A stretch of 60,591 nucleotides of DNA, the filler included. It is 5 parts of 5 records of this genome, joined end to end, with 100 filler letters (N's around TTAATTAATTAA, not from the genome) between each part and the next. Parts side by side here need not be neighbours in the genome. Positions count along the whole stretch, not along the records: positions 36,636 to 55,186 come from DRR723986_21794; positions 55,287 to 60,591 come from DRR723986_21807; 3 more parts are not named here. One strand, 5' to 3'. Below the pieces are notes generated by a model. The model did no database searches, had not been told where the DNA came from, and saw only the letters and a program-made list of their open reading frames with translations. Positions 48,034-58,390 of the stretch are shown piece after piece. How positions within the stretch are numbered: position 1 is the stretch's first letter; the number at the start of each line of letters is the position of its first letter. Both the position numbers and the translations under genes were made by a program.

Positions 48034-49497
48034 TCAACTGTCTGCGGGCGGCTTGAAAGATGTTCTAAGTGGAATGATCCGATCGTGTAGCGCTTGCATC
48101 TCATATTGAATGCGGCTGTCGTTTCTCTGCTGAGCTAGCTCGCCAATTGTTGGAAACGGATCGCTTGAGGGCTCATGCGGATTGCGAGATTCCCAGTCGG
48201 TCACGATTGCTTGAGCTTCAGCGTCACGCGACTCACAAAGTGCCGATCGGAGGTCGGTTGTCATCTCTTGGTCATCGCTTTCACTAAGCGCTACAGCAAG
48301 CTCTTTTCTAGACCACGGCAGATCAATTACAGCAAGGGCGGCAGCCATCTCAATTCGATTGATTGGAATATGCGATCTGAGCGATCGGCGAATCAACTTC
48401 ATCGCGGCTGGATGCTGCAACTCCATCGCCAGGAAAGCCGCCTCACTAAGTGAACTGCCCTGGATTACCTCGAATCCTGGTGCTACCGAATCTGTCTCTC
48501 CAATTGAGCACAGCAGCTTTGCCGTCCGAACCCAAATGTATGGCGAAGGAGGCTGTTCATTGGGGTCAATTCGATCAATCAGCGCGAGCAAACTTGGCTT
48601 CCAGTCGTGTATTGCGCTTCTTTGTTCAATAACGTCCAAGGCTACTGACAATGCTCCGCACGGAGGCCCAGACAGTGGGAGCTTGATGCAAGAATCGAGT
48701 TGCGGTGAGCCAAGATCTGCGAGTAGCAACAATGCTTCGGCAGCGTTCTTACCGGAATGGAAAGCGTCTGATAGTTGCTCAGACTTCGTCGCCAGTAGGG
48801 AATCGGCATCAGAACAATAAGTTCCGTCAAACTCACTCAGCATCTGCCAATCTGAGAGGGCGGCAGCGAACAAGGCTTGAACCCCTCGGAATTCCCACTG
48901 TTTGCCAATCCCGTCGAGAACACTAGTCAGTTCCTCAATGGGGCCACGTAAACGAAATTCGCTGTACTCGCCGGACTCTATTAACCCCAATTCCTTGAGC
49001 TCATCGATTCCAATCAATACGCATCGACGAGATGAATACAACTGGCAAATTCGTTTCTCAATAAAGCTAGGCTTCTCAAGCGAATCGAGGTAGTTGATGA
49101 AAAAGTAGGGAGTAAACCAGTCTGCGGTTTCATCAAAAAAATCAACATCGATCTCTTCACCCGTCAGTCGGTGCGTCATGCAGCAACCACGGCCATGGAA
49201 GCGATACTCCCAATTCGAGTTGCCTGGAACCAAGCCGAAGCGAGCCCCTTGGGGATGCCCGAGAGCACCGGCTGCAGCGATCACAGTGGGATCCCCGTTC
49301 AGGCGGAGCTTCATGCTGTCCAACACAAACTTCTGACGTGTCCGATGGCGCACAAGGCACAAATACAGCCAACTCGCCCATGGCGAAAGGTCGAGCGGTC
49401 GATCAACGAAATGCGGTAAATAACGCGTCCATCTATCCTGGCCCCGCAAAACGGCGTTTAACCGTTGCAAAATTTCAGTTGCCGCATCCGAATTCAT
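48034..49497 (-). CDS. Hypothetical protein with W.Y.FHG.GC (DUF6896-like) domain and helical C-terminus
   Basis: WEYRFHGRGCC...GEEIDVDF. Confidence 0.6.
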   Translation of the reverse strand: MNSDAATEILQRLNAVLRGQDRWTRYLPHFVDRPLDLSPWASWLYLCLVRHRTRQKFVLDSMKLRLNGDPTVIAAAGALGHPQGARFGLVPGNSNWEYRFHGRGCCMTHRLTGEEIDVDFFDETADWFTPYFFINYLDSLEKPSFIEKRICQLYSSRRCVLIGIDELKELGLIESGEYSEFRLRGPIEELTSVLDGIGKQWEFRGVQALFAAALSDWQMLSEFDGTYCSDADSLLATKSEQLSDAFHSGKNAAEALLLLADLGSPQLDSCIKLPLSGPPCGALSVALDVIEQRSAIHDWKPSLLALIDRIDPNEQPPSPYIWVRTAKLLCSIGETDSVAPGFEVIQGSSLSEAAFLAMELQHPAAMKLIRRSLRSHIPINRIEMAAALAVIDLPWSRKELAVALSESDDQEMTTDLRSALCESRDAEAQAIVTDWESRNPHEPSSDPFPTIGELAQQRNDSRIQYEMQALHDRIIPLRTSFKPPADS

Positions 49498-49548
49498 CTA
49501 CACAGGATTCCAACAGTCGATACGAAGTAATTTCAACCTCCTCAAATT

Positions 49549-49842
49549 CTAGCGAGAAGCCAGCCGAACAATCGATTCGATGCCAAGTTCCATCTTTTTG
49601 CGGGCGGAGATATTGGCTAAGTGAACCTTGATCTTGGGCGGAACAAAATTGCTGGTTGCAACTTGCTCTTCAATCCACTTGATCACGTCGTAGCCTGTTC
49701 CGCGATTGTCATCTCCCAAGTCGTGGTCGAGGCTGAGCTCAGTCACACGCTCTGACTGAAGCAATTGAATAGCTTCATCCGGCCAATAAACTCGGACCCA
49801 ACCTCTCGGCGATTCTCTCTCGTCGTCAAGATAAACCTTCAT
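49549..49842 (-). CDS. Cyclic-phosphate processing receiver (cREC)-like domain protein
   Basis: YLDDER..P.GW, SLDHDLG, TGYD, VH.AN. Confidence 0.8.
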   Translation of the reverse strand: MKVYLDDERESPRGWVRVYWPDEAIQLLQSERVTELSLDHDLGDDNRGTGYDVIKWIEEQVATSNFVPPKIKVHLANISARKKMELGIESIVRLASR

Positions 49843-50663
49843 GCTTTTTCACTTGTGAGAATCACGACTCTTGCGTCGACATTGAGCACCTGGGTTCCGT
49901 TCGAGAGCATCGCCAGTGGCTCTTTCCAGTGTGAATGCCCTCGGACAATGAGTGCTGACTCTGCTTGTTCGACGACTTGCCTGATCCTTGGTGATCCCCG
50001 ATGCCCAGAGTCTGGCACGTCGGGGCCATCATGCATATTGACAATAGCCGGAGAGTCACAGAGTAGCAGTTCGAGTGTTTCAACGAAGTCGTCTTCCGTT
50101 CGTCGCCATGGGCGTCTTGGATTGCCGGGGATACCACTCAATCCAGCGATCGAGAGCCCTTCCATCGTCACAGTGTCGTTGTCGAGAAAGTGCATTGGCT
50201 TTGGGAAGCGAGGACGAGTTGCAGCGTCACCGAAAAGGTCATGATTACCAGCAACCCCAACGACCCAATCGAAGGTTCTAAAGAACGCGTGCCAGACAGA
50301 AGTCACGTCGCCAGATCCACCGCGTTTGTCGAGTGTAGGCACTGTGTAGAAGTCGCCCGCCAAAAGAACTCCGATTCGTCCTTCGCCTATGCTGAGATTC
50401 GGAATGATCTCTTCGGCGAGAAGCTTTGGCAGCACTTCACCGAGTAGACGGATCGGTTTTCCGACCGACGACTTAAAGGTCTCGCGTCCTTGCAGATCTG
50501 CGGTCGCGATGATCGCTGACACTCCCTCCGGCAGCTCATCCACAAATCCACGGTGGACCGGCAGCGTATCTCGGTAGAAACCGCCCGGCCCTCGGCCAGC
50601 ATTCAGGAATGGAATCTCCCGAATCAGTTCAGGTTGAATCGATGTAATCCTCATTCCGGCCAA
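49839..50663 (-). CDS. Calcineurin-like metallophosphoesterase
   Basis: ADLQG, AGD, GNHD, HDGP, GHSH; 4-nt overlap with cREC gene. Confidence 0.85.
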   Translation of the reverse strand: MAGMRITSIQPELIREIPFLNAGRGPGGFYRDTLPVHRGFVDELPEGVSAIIATADLQGRETFKSSVGKPIRLLGEVLPKLLAEEIIPNLSIGEGRIGVLLAGDFYTVPTLDKRGGSGDVTSVWHAFFRTFDWVVGVAGNHDLFGDAATRPRFPKPMHFLDNDTVTMEGLSIAGLSGIPGNPRRPWRRTEDDFVETLELLLCDSPAIVNMHDGPDVPDSGHRGSPRIRQVVEQAESALIVRGHSHWKEPLAMLSNGTQVLNVDARVVILTSEKA

Positions 50664-50898
50664 GACACATCAACGAACCACCTGGTTCAAGCAAAGGGAC
50701 TTGGAACGCAAGCTTGGATCGTCTCTCTGGCGTCTCTCAATTGGCAAGGGGAGATTGTGAGATGTTCTGGCGATATCTCACAGGATTGAAACGCGATCTT
50801 GGGAGTCACGCTTGTTTTCGAGAGAAAACGTCTCAGAGGCGCGAGACTTCGTCGGCCAAGAGAAAGTGCCGCGAGGCCCGGAAATCAGGGGCCAAACT

Positions 50899-50937
50899 AA
50901 AAAACGCCCGACGGCCTGATCTCGGCTTCCGGGCGTT
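50899..50937 (-). terminator. Probable terminator of tRNA-Asn
   Basis: AACGCCCG...CGGGCGTT then T-tract. Confidence 0.55.
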
Positions 50938-50974
50938 AACTGTACGGTCGGTAATTCCGTAGTACTTACAAAAG

Positions 50975-51047
50975 CTCCTCCGGCAGGGCTCGAACCTGCG
51001 ACAAGGCGGTTAACAGCCGCCTGCTCTACCAACTGAGCTACAGAGGA
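50975..51047 (-). tRNA. tRNA-Asn(GTT), canonical housekeeping
   Basis: TCCTCTGTAGCTCAGTTGGTAGAGC...CTGTTAA...GGTTCGAGCCC. Confidence 0.95.
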
Positions 51048-51414
51048 TTGTGATCAGGCTTCAACGCCCAACCGCAAGAAATTTACTCGGTGGTTGAGAT
51101 GGTTGCAAGCCCAGAAAGGTTCACTTCTACACCCAAAAGCAATTGCCGTAACAATCAGGTAGGATACAACAGTCTTGGCGGTATTCAGGGCAAATTCGGC
51201 TCCCCAGTCAACCACCAAACGAGCGCTTAGGGCCAAGAATACGCCGCAAAGTCTGGTCGACGATTCGCGACTTCGTCTGCTCCAGCATTAGCACTCGCAA
51301 TTTCGCACAAAACAGAATTAGAACTCGAGCCCCGACCGCTTGAGCACGGAACTCGGGATCGCGTCCTCTGCATGACTTAACGATTGCATTTCCGAAGAAC
51401 TCGCCCCCAGGTGC

Positions 51415-52554
51415 CTAGAGCGGTCGCCAAAGATTGCGATTGAGCTTGCTTTTGGGGAGGCGGCGGCCGTGGGGCTGTGCGGGGTCGACGATATAGTGCG
51501 GCGACGAACCAAGGTCGACGGCTTCTTTGGATGAATGAAGTCGGACGATGGGCCGAAGATAGTCCTCTTTTTTGCTCCGCAACACGGTGCCAGTTTCGTT
51601 GTTGCTCAACTTCACTTCACTGCCAACCGGGTAAACGGCAGAGGAACGAACAAGTGCTTGCACACAAGCCCGATCAAAGGTCCCATAGAGCGAGTGATTG
51701 ACGAGATAAGCGAGTGCATCGGCCGCTACGTACCCTCCACCACCACATGAAGCATCGTCAGTAAGCGTTACAAACGCGTCGACAACATTGATCAACCGGC
51801 TCAGAGGGTGAAGCAAATGGCCCTTAATACCGCGCGGGTAGCCGCTACCATCGGACTGTTCGTGAACCTGAACAACGAGCGACAACTCGAGCTCGGTGAT
51901 TGAGGCGAATCCACTTTTCAGGAGATCCGCACTGTGGAACGGATGCTGAAGAAACTCCTGCATACTCTGCGACTGGGGATCATCACGCAGCTTGGCAAGT
52001 AGCTGCGTCCAGTTCGGCGGCAAACAAATGTCGTGCAGCAGGGCTGCTCTGGCAGCGGACCGACGATCTCGCTCCGCAAATCCCAGTTGGTATGCGGCGA
52101 CGACGGTTGCAGCCGCCATACGAAGGCTGCGAACATAACTGTCTTGTGAATGCTCGTTCAGCGAGTGAAAATGCGCAAGAACAACATCAGCATCGTCGCG
52201 CACAATTTTCTCGTAGTCGTCGATAACGGCATCGATGCTGTCCTTCTCGACTCGCTCACCATCGAAAAGCCTGGCTCGAAGATCCCCAAGCACGGCGGGC
52301 ACGTCTTCGGCTAGGGAGCTCAACGCCCGCTGGTGCGTTGGGTTGTATTCTTTCACCGCGGGCGGAGAGGACGACACCGGTGCATCATCCGCATCTGCGG
52401 CGTAGAGCTTCGTGCAACCGGTCTTCTGTAGATGTTCTAGCAGCTCGTGCGAAACATACGTTCCGGCCGTCAGCACGACCGCGCCGTAGCCGTCCAGCAG
52501 GTCAGCCTCAAAGACTTCGCCAATGGCCAGTGAGGAACTATACTTTCGTTTCAT
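51415..52554 (-). CDS. HD-GYP domain protein
   Basis: LLHD, HEQSDGSGYPRG. Confidence 0.85.
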   Translation of the reverse strand: MKRKYSSSLAIGEVFEADLLDGYGAVVLTAGTYVSHELLEHLQKTGCTKLYAADADDAPVSSSPPAVKEYNPTHQRALSSLAEDVPAVLGDLRARLFDGERVEKDSIDAVIDDYEKIVRDDADVVLAHFHSLNEHSQDSYVRSLRMAAATVVAAYQLGFAERDRRSAARAALLHDICLPPNWTQLLAKLRDDPQSQSMQEFLQHPFHSADLLKSGFASITELELSLVVQVHEQSDGSGYPRGIKGHLLHPLSRLINVVDAFVTLTDDASCGGGGYVAADALAYLVNHSLYGTFDRACVQALVRSSAVYPVGSEVKLSNNETGTVLRSKKEDYLRPIVRLHSSKEAVDLGSSPHYIVDPAQPHGRRLPKSKLNRNLWRPL

Positions 52555-52617
52555 GCTGATTTCTCCAGCGCAAGAGCATTCACGAGAGCAGTTTTTGGCC
52601 GACTTAGGCGATGAATA

Positions 52618-53769
52618 TCAACGTTGCGTTCGAGCGGCATTTTCCAAGTGGTTGAGCATGGCGGTCCGCGAATTGCGAAGGCCAGCCAAGTGCACAAGCC
52701 ATTGATTCAGCTCACCCTGACTGGGCTGCTTGCCCACGATCTCCTGAAATACCGCTTGCACCCACACTTGGCTGTTGTTGCCGGTTCGGTCGAAAAATTC
52801 TTGCGACGCCATCAACTCATTTGCCATCGAATCGAGCTGATCGGCGTGCTGCCGCCACGCCAACTGCTCCATGATGCGAGGCGGCCGCCCCAAAAGTTTG
52901 TTGTATGTATCGGCGATCACGCGATCGACATCGATCTCATTTTGAAAAGACGCGGTAACCGTTCCAGGATCACGCGCGGTGATGTATCGCTCAAGAGGCA
53001 CCAGTTCAAGGCGAACCGTGCGAGGGTTGTTGCGAGTAATGACTCGCTGCGGAGCGATAGACTCCATGATGGTCCGACCTTGGCTTGTTACCGTGGCACG
53101 AACCGCATAGATATCTTCTGGGTAGATGTAACTGGGGTCGTATGGCAGTTGTATTGAGCGATTCGCAATGTTGCTTGCCGCAAATGTGTTGTTTTGAATG
53201 TACGGCCGGAAGTGGGGTCGCGAGAGATTCTCGACATTCACTGTTACAACGGCGTCCGCCGGAACCTGCGAACTTCTAGCAATCATGGTTTCCACGGTGA
53301 TGTAGTCATTTCGCTTCTCAAGCTGCAATTGCAGCGTGGCGAGTTGCCCCGTTCGCCCGTTTTGCATGAGCACCGAAATGCGTCCATCAGCGCTTGCAAG
53401 ACGCTGCGCCTCATCTTCGACGGAGAAGACCTGCGAACCAACCATGCCAACTTGGTATCCATTGATCGCGATCACCATATCACCCGCACGCAACTGAGCA
53501 CGTGCGGCAGCCGAATTCGGAGCGACATTGGTCAGGCGAACGCCAGTGCTGGTGACTTGGCCCTCGACCCCGAGTTCCCATTGCGAGGCACTTCCCGTGG
53601 GTTGTGCCAGCCAGTCACTTGCCTGTGCACTGCCTGGATTCTGGAACAACAAGCCGCTTCGCGATCTCGCGACACGTGACATGCTGTCTTGGGCGTTTGC
53701 AGAAGTGAGCACTACGGAAAGAACCGACGCTGCGATGGAGAGCGTCTTTGTTACGTTTCGAGTAAACAA
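52618..53769 (-). CDS. Exported PDZ + YbaY-like domain protein
   Basis: LGV...GV...SAAARA.L..GD (PDZ); LPYDP..I....YAVRA (YbaY-like). Confidence 0.65.
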   Translation of the reverse strand: MFTRNVTKTLSIAASVLSVVLTSANAQDSMSRVARSRSGLLFQNPGSAQASDWLAQPTGSASQWELGVEGQVTSTGVRLTNVAPNSAAARAQLRAGDMVIAINGYQVGMVGSQVFSVEDEAQRLASADGRISVLMQNGRTGQLATLQLQLEKRNDYITVETMIARSSQVPADAVVTVNVENLSRPHFRPYIQNNTFAASNIANRSIQLPYDPSYIYPEDIYAVRATVTSQGRTIMESIAPQRVITRNNPRTVRLELVPLERYITARDPGTVTASFQNEIDVDRVIADTYNKLLGRPPRIMEQLAWRQHADQLDSMANELMASQEFFDRTGNNSQVWVQAVFQEIVGKQPSQGELNQWLVHLAGLRNSRTAMLNHLENAARTQR

Positions 53770-53844
53770 GAGAATGCACCTCAGAGAAGAAAAGCTATAA
53801 TATTTTTGAGTCTCAGTATGCGAGCAATCACTGGCTAGCGTACG

Positions 53845-54849
53845 CTACCGCACTAGGACTGAGTCGAGCTTTGCAATGCCGGCTTCCATGAGCGGCGGTT
53901 CGACGGGGAAAAACCCGTCAATGACCGTGTGAGTTTGCCCTGAGTATCCGAGTGCAAACCGAATAAATTCCTTGCTCGCCAAGGCCTCTTGATCAGTTCG
54001 GGCTACATCAATCACCATCGTGAGGGGGCGGGTGAGCGGGTACTGTCCGGTGAGAACAGCGTGATCGTCGCTACGGATGACTTTTCCACCGGAGACAAGC
54101 TGGAGCATCTTGACGTTATCTCCAACAGATCTCATGCCGCAGATTGCAATCGCATCCGCTTGCTTTCCAACCTCCTGTAGAACTAGGGAATTGGAAACAT
54201 GGGTCGTCTCGCCAGCTCTTAACTGTGCAGAACCGAAAACAAACTCTTTCAAGTATTTTTGCGTTCCGCATTTTTCAGTTCGCGAAACCAGGCGAATAGG
54301 TTTGTTTTGCCAAGCTCCAGTGCCGTTGAGCAGACTCCAAGTGGGTTGCTTAACTTGGGGATTCTCGGTGAAGACGCTCTTAAGCTGATTGCCACTGACC
54401 GTCTGAACTGGGTTTGCCTTGTTCACAAAAACAGCCAATGCTTCGCGTGCAACGACGATTGCAACGGGTTGCTTCAGACCGCTGGACTTTAAGCTCGCAA
54501 GCTCCTTCTCTTTGACTGGTCGCGAGAGCATCGCGATCGAAGAGGGCGATTTGACCAACTGTGCGAATGCTTCTTCGCTGCTGCTGCCGTGAACGAGCAC
54601 GTTTACGTTTGGCTGAAACTTAACGAACCCCTTCTTCCAACCATTCGCGAGCGAGTCCATGCTTGAGGAACCAAACACCTTCAGCGTTGCCGTTGGCGTG
54701 GCTCGAGGACTGTACGGTGGAAAGGAACTGAACAAACGCTGAATCTGCTGTTCCTCTGTTGGCTCTTCCGCAAATGTTGGCCGCGATTCGGCCACTTGAA
54801 TAAGGAAGACTGCAGCAAGCATGAGGAATCGCCGAACGAGCGTTGGCAT
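53845..54849 (-). CDS. PstS-family substrate-binding protein
   Basis: GSSSM, SRP, AVFVNKANP, YPLTRPL. Confidence 0.8.
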   Translation of the reverse strand: MPTLVRRFLMLAAVFLIQVAESRPTFAEEPTEEQQIQRLFSSFPPYSPRATPTATLKVFGSSSMDSLANGWKKGFVKFQPNVNVLVHGSSSEEAFAQLVKSPSSIAMLSRPVKEKELASLKSSGLKQPVAIVVAREALAVFVNKANPVQTVSGNQLKSVFTENPQVKQPTWSLLNGTGAWQNKPIRLVSRTEKCGTQKYLKEFVFGSAQLRAGETTHVSNSLVLQEVGKQADAIAICGMRSVGDNVKMLQLVSGGKVIRSDDHAVLTGQYPLTRPLTMVIDVARTDQEALASKEFIRFALGYSGQTHTVIDGFFPVEPPLMEAGIAKLDSVLVR

Positions 54850-55186
54850 GGTCGCACTCCGTTGCGTGTATTGGTTCTAAAGTACTTTTACTGGCTATTC
54901 GGCCGAAGCTCCTGGTCAGAGAACTGATCGAGAGAGCTTGGAGGCTTTGTGGAAGCTAGCACGTTTGTGGTGTTTGCGTCTACATCAGTTGCGATTGCTG
55001 GCTTAGCGGGCGTCCACCCTGCGGTTTTCGATTGGCAGGTTTTTCAGGCTTGATTGTTCGCAGAAGCTGGATTTGGTTGTTGGGCTTTGGGGGGGATGGG
55101 AAGGCTAGGATGGCCAATTCGGCCAACAATCGGACGCCCGGCTGCGGTTCCGCACGATCAGCCGCAACGCGCTAGCGTGCGGTTCC

Positions 55187-55286
55187 NNNNNNNNNNNNNN
55201 NNNNNNNNNNNNNNNNNNNNNNNNNNNNNNTTAATTAATTAANNNNNNNNNNNNNNNNNNNNNNNNNNNNNNNNNNNNNNNNNNNN
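55187..55286. other. Artificial contig linker
   Basis: N-run with TTAATTAATTAA; GC content jumps after it. Confidence 0.97.
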
Positions 55287-55287
55287 C

Positions 55288-55764
<477 letters not shown>

Positions 55765-55784
55765 GGGTCTCGGACCTCGAGCAG

Positions 55785-55818
55785 AAAGGGCGCCATCCGC
55801 GAGGGTGGCGCCCTTTTT
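55785..55818 (+). terminator. Intrinsic terminator
   Basis: AAAGGGCGCCATCC-GCGA-GGGTGGCGCCCTTT followed by TT. Confidence 0.8.
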
Positions 55819-55909
55819 CGTGCCGGGTCCTGTGGGGCGGGGCGAATTCCGCGACGGAATTCGGCCCGTTTTCCTTGCAGGAAAACGGGCGCTCCGGTGG
55901 TGACGGGGT

Positions 55910-57325
55910 TTACTGGGTGGCGGCGGCGCGGGCGGCGGAGTTCAGGAACACCGGGAAGGCCTGCTGCAGCGCACGGTTCCACTTGGTGATCGGCTGTTCC
56001 TCGATGAAGACGATGTCGTTCGGCCGCATCTCGAAGCGGGTCGCGAGGATCATGTTCGCCGCGTTGCGGGCGTTCAGGTGATAGGCCACGATCTCGCCCG
56101 CCCGCGCCGGGTCCGCGCTTCCGCGCAAGACGTAGATTTCCGACGGATCGCCGGTGGTGGTGTCGAAACCGCCCTCGCCATAAAGCACGTCCGCCAGCGT
56201 CGCCTGCTGGCCGTAGGGCAGGGCAAAGCGGCTTTGCGCGTTCACCTCGCCCGAGAGGTAGACGTAGTCGCGCTTCTCGGCGCCAAGCTCGGCGCGCGAG
56301 CGGAAGTTGTCGCGCTGCTCGCCAAGGGCGGCGCGGCGCAGGCCGATCTCGGTCGCCAGCGCGTTCAGCGCCTGCGTCCGCGCACCAGAGCGCAACGAGA
56401 TGACGTCGATCCGCGCCCGGTAGAACTCCAGCGCGCGGTCGAGGTCATAGGTCGTGTCGACGAAGACCGCGTCGCCGTTCAGCAGGATCTTGTTCTGCAG
56501 GTCGGTCCGTTCGAGATAGTCGCGGACCGGGATCTGGTAGAGCGTGCCCTCGCGGTAGATGCGGATGGAGGCGAACTCCTCGTCCCGGGTCTGCACGCCA
56601 CCGGCGGCGACCAGCGCCTCGCCCAGCGTCAGGGTCACGGGAGAGATGGGGATCAGCTTGGGCGCGTTCACGGCGCCGCCCACGGCGACCTTCTGGGAGT
56701 TGAACTCGGACACTTCGAGGCTGAAGGCCGGGTCGATCTGGTTCTGCACCAGCGCCTGAAAGAGACGGTCCTCGGCCTCTTGCACGGTCAGCCCGGCCAG
56801 CTGCACCGAGCCGACCTCGGGGATGGCGATGCTGCCGTCGTCGCGCACGGTGTAGCCCTGACGCCGGTTCTGCGCCGCCAGCAGGCCGGTCAGTTGCTCG
56901 ACCGTGGTGCCGCCGCCGCGCGTGGCCAGAAGCAGCACGTCGCCCACGCCGATCCGGTAGGGCGGGGGCGTGACGTCGGGCAGGGGCCGCAGGGTCAGCG
57001 TCTCGCGGCGTTCGCTGGGCAGGTAGGGTTCCGCCGGAAGCGCGCCCGCGCCGGTGACGCTGCCATAGCCGCCGGCCACGGCGTAGAAGGCTTCGGGCAG
57101 CGCGCGGGGGGTGTAATGCGAGGCATTGGCGTAGGTGACCGAGCGGATGTTCATCTCGACCACGGAGACCGGAAGGTCGTCCTTGCGCGACATGACCGAG
57201 GGGCTGTTGTAGGTCACGCCGCATCCCGCCAGAACCATCGCCGCGCCCAGAGCAAGCCCAAGATGAAGGCGCGATGCCGGCGCGATTCTGCGAAGTGCGT
57301 TACCCATGACGTCCCCTTGGTCCAT
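55910..57325 (-). CDS. Polysaccharide export lipoprotein (Wza-like)
   Basis: LAGC lipobox, YRIGVGDVL, DGSI..P.VG, SLBB repeats. Confidence 0.88.
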   Translation of the reverse strand: MDQGDVMGNALRRIAPASRLHLGLALGAAMVLAGCGVTYNSPSVMSRKDDLPVSVVEMNIRSVTYANASHYTPRALPEAFYAVAGGYGSVTGAGALPAEPYLPSERRETLTLRPLPDVTPPPYRIGVGDVLLLATRGGGTTVEQLTGLLAAQNRRQGYTVRDDGSIAIPEVGSVQLAGLTVQEAEDRLFQALVQNQIDPAFSLEVSEFNSQKVAVGGAVNAPKLIPISPVTLTLGEALVAAGGVQTRDEEFASIRIYREGTLYQIPVRDYLERTDLQNKILLNGDAVFVDTTYDLDRALEFYRARIDVISLRSGARTQALNALATEIGLRRAALGEQRDNFRSRAELGAEKRDYVYLSGEVNAQSRFALPYGQQATLADVLYGEGGFDTTTGDPSEIYVLRGSADPARAGEIVAYHLNARNAANMILATRFEMRPNDIVFIEEQPITKWNRALQQAFPVFLNSAARAAATQ

Positions 57326-57512
57326 GCCCAGAGCCCCCCGCTTGCGAGGGTGCGTTTGGGTATTTTCTACACGGATCAGGGTCTGTGGCGATAGCGCAGC
57401 GCCCGGTCCGGCCCGGCCCCGCGCCGGGACAGCGTCAAATCTGCAACATCACACCAGCCAAAGCAGGCGCGGCATTTCGCGCACTGCGCGAGCCCGCGCC
57501 CCTTGTGACCCG

Positions 57513-58271
57513 TCAGGCGGTCATGAATGCCACCGACCCGGTCTCGATCAGGGCGGCCGTCAACCGGCCCGTCGCAAAGGCGCCGGTGTCGACGGAGATT
57601 CGGCCGTCCCGCCAGACGGGCTCGTCGACGATGGTGTGGCCGTGCACGACCCAAAGCCCGTCCTCGCGCAGGACCTTCCCGAAATCCGCATGGCCCCACA
57701 GCAGGGTGGATTCGCTCTGCTCCGGCACCGGGCGCAGCGGATCGGCCCCGGCGTGGACGGCGACCACATTGCCGGTCTGCCAGAACAGCGGCAGCCCCCG
57801 GAGCCAGTCTTCGAGGTCCTCGCCCAGAGCCGCCCGCAGAGCGTCGCGCATCTCCAGCCACGCGCTTTCCGGAGCATCCCGCCCCGGCGCCCTGATGCGA
57901 AAGCTGGCAAGGGTCTGCAACCCGCCGTGGCGCAGCCAGCGCGGCCCGTCCAAGGCCGGGCTGTCCAGCGCATCCAGCATCATCCGCTCGTGGTTGCCCA
58001 TCAGGCAGACCATCAGGTCTCCGGCGTTGCGGGCCAGCGTGTGCAGGCGCTTCAGCACCATGCGGCTGTCATCGCCGCGATCGACGTAATCCCCCATGCA
58101 GACCAGCCGCGCGGTCGGATGGGCCATGGCGTCGAGTTGCCCCAGAAGCCGGTGGAACAGCGCATCGCACCCATGCAGGTCGCCGATCGCGAAGAACGGC
58201 ACCTCGGGGTCGACGGGCGTTTCGAAACGAGGCTTGCCGGACAGGCGCGACAGGTGAGAAAAAAGCTTCAT
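57513..58271 (-). CDS. Metallophosphoesterase (PPP/ApaH-like)
   Basis: GDLHG, GDYVDRG, GNHE, HAG, HGHT, DTGA. Confidence 0.9.
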   Translation of the reverse strand: MKLFSHLSRLSGKPRFETPVDPEVPFFAIGDLHGCDALFHRLLGQLDAMAHPTARLVCMGDYVDRGDDSRMVLKRLHTLARNAGDLMVCLMGNHERMMLDALDSPALDGPRWLRHGGLQTLASFRIRAPGRDAPESAWLEMRDALRAALGEDLEDWLRGLPLFWQTGNVVAVHAGADPLRPVPEQSESTLLWGHADFGKVLREDGLWVVHGHTIVDEPVWRDGRISVDTGAFATGRLTAALIETGSVAFMTA

Positions 58272-58390
58272 GCCATGGAGATAAGCGCTTTCGCGGGCCA
58301 CGCAAAGCCGCAATTCGGTTCAATCGCGCCATTGCCCTGAGCGGCCTGTCCCACTAGGTCGGGACACAGCACAGCGTGAAGGACAGGACC

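Noticed and set aside
12948-55286. Four identical TTAATTAATTAA motifs within N-runs; apparent mosaic or HGT between phyla
   Set aside because: Artificial linkers with stops in all frames joining unrelated contigs; not biology.
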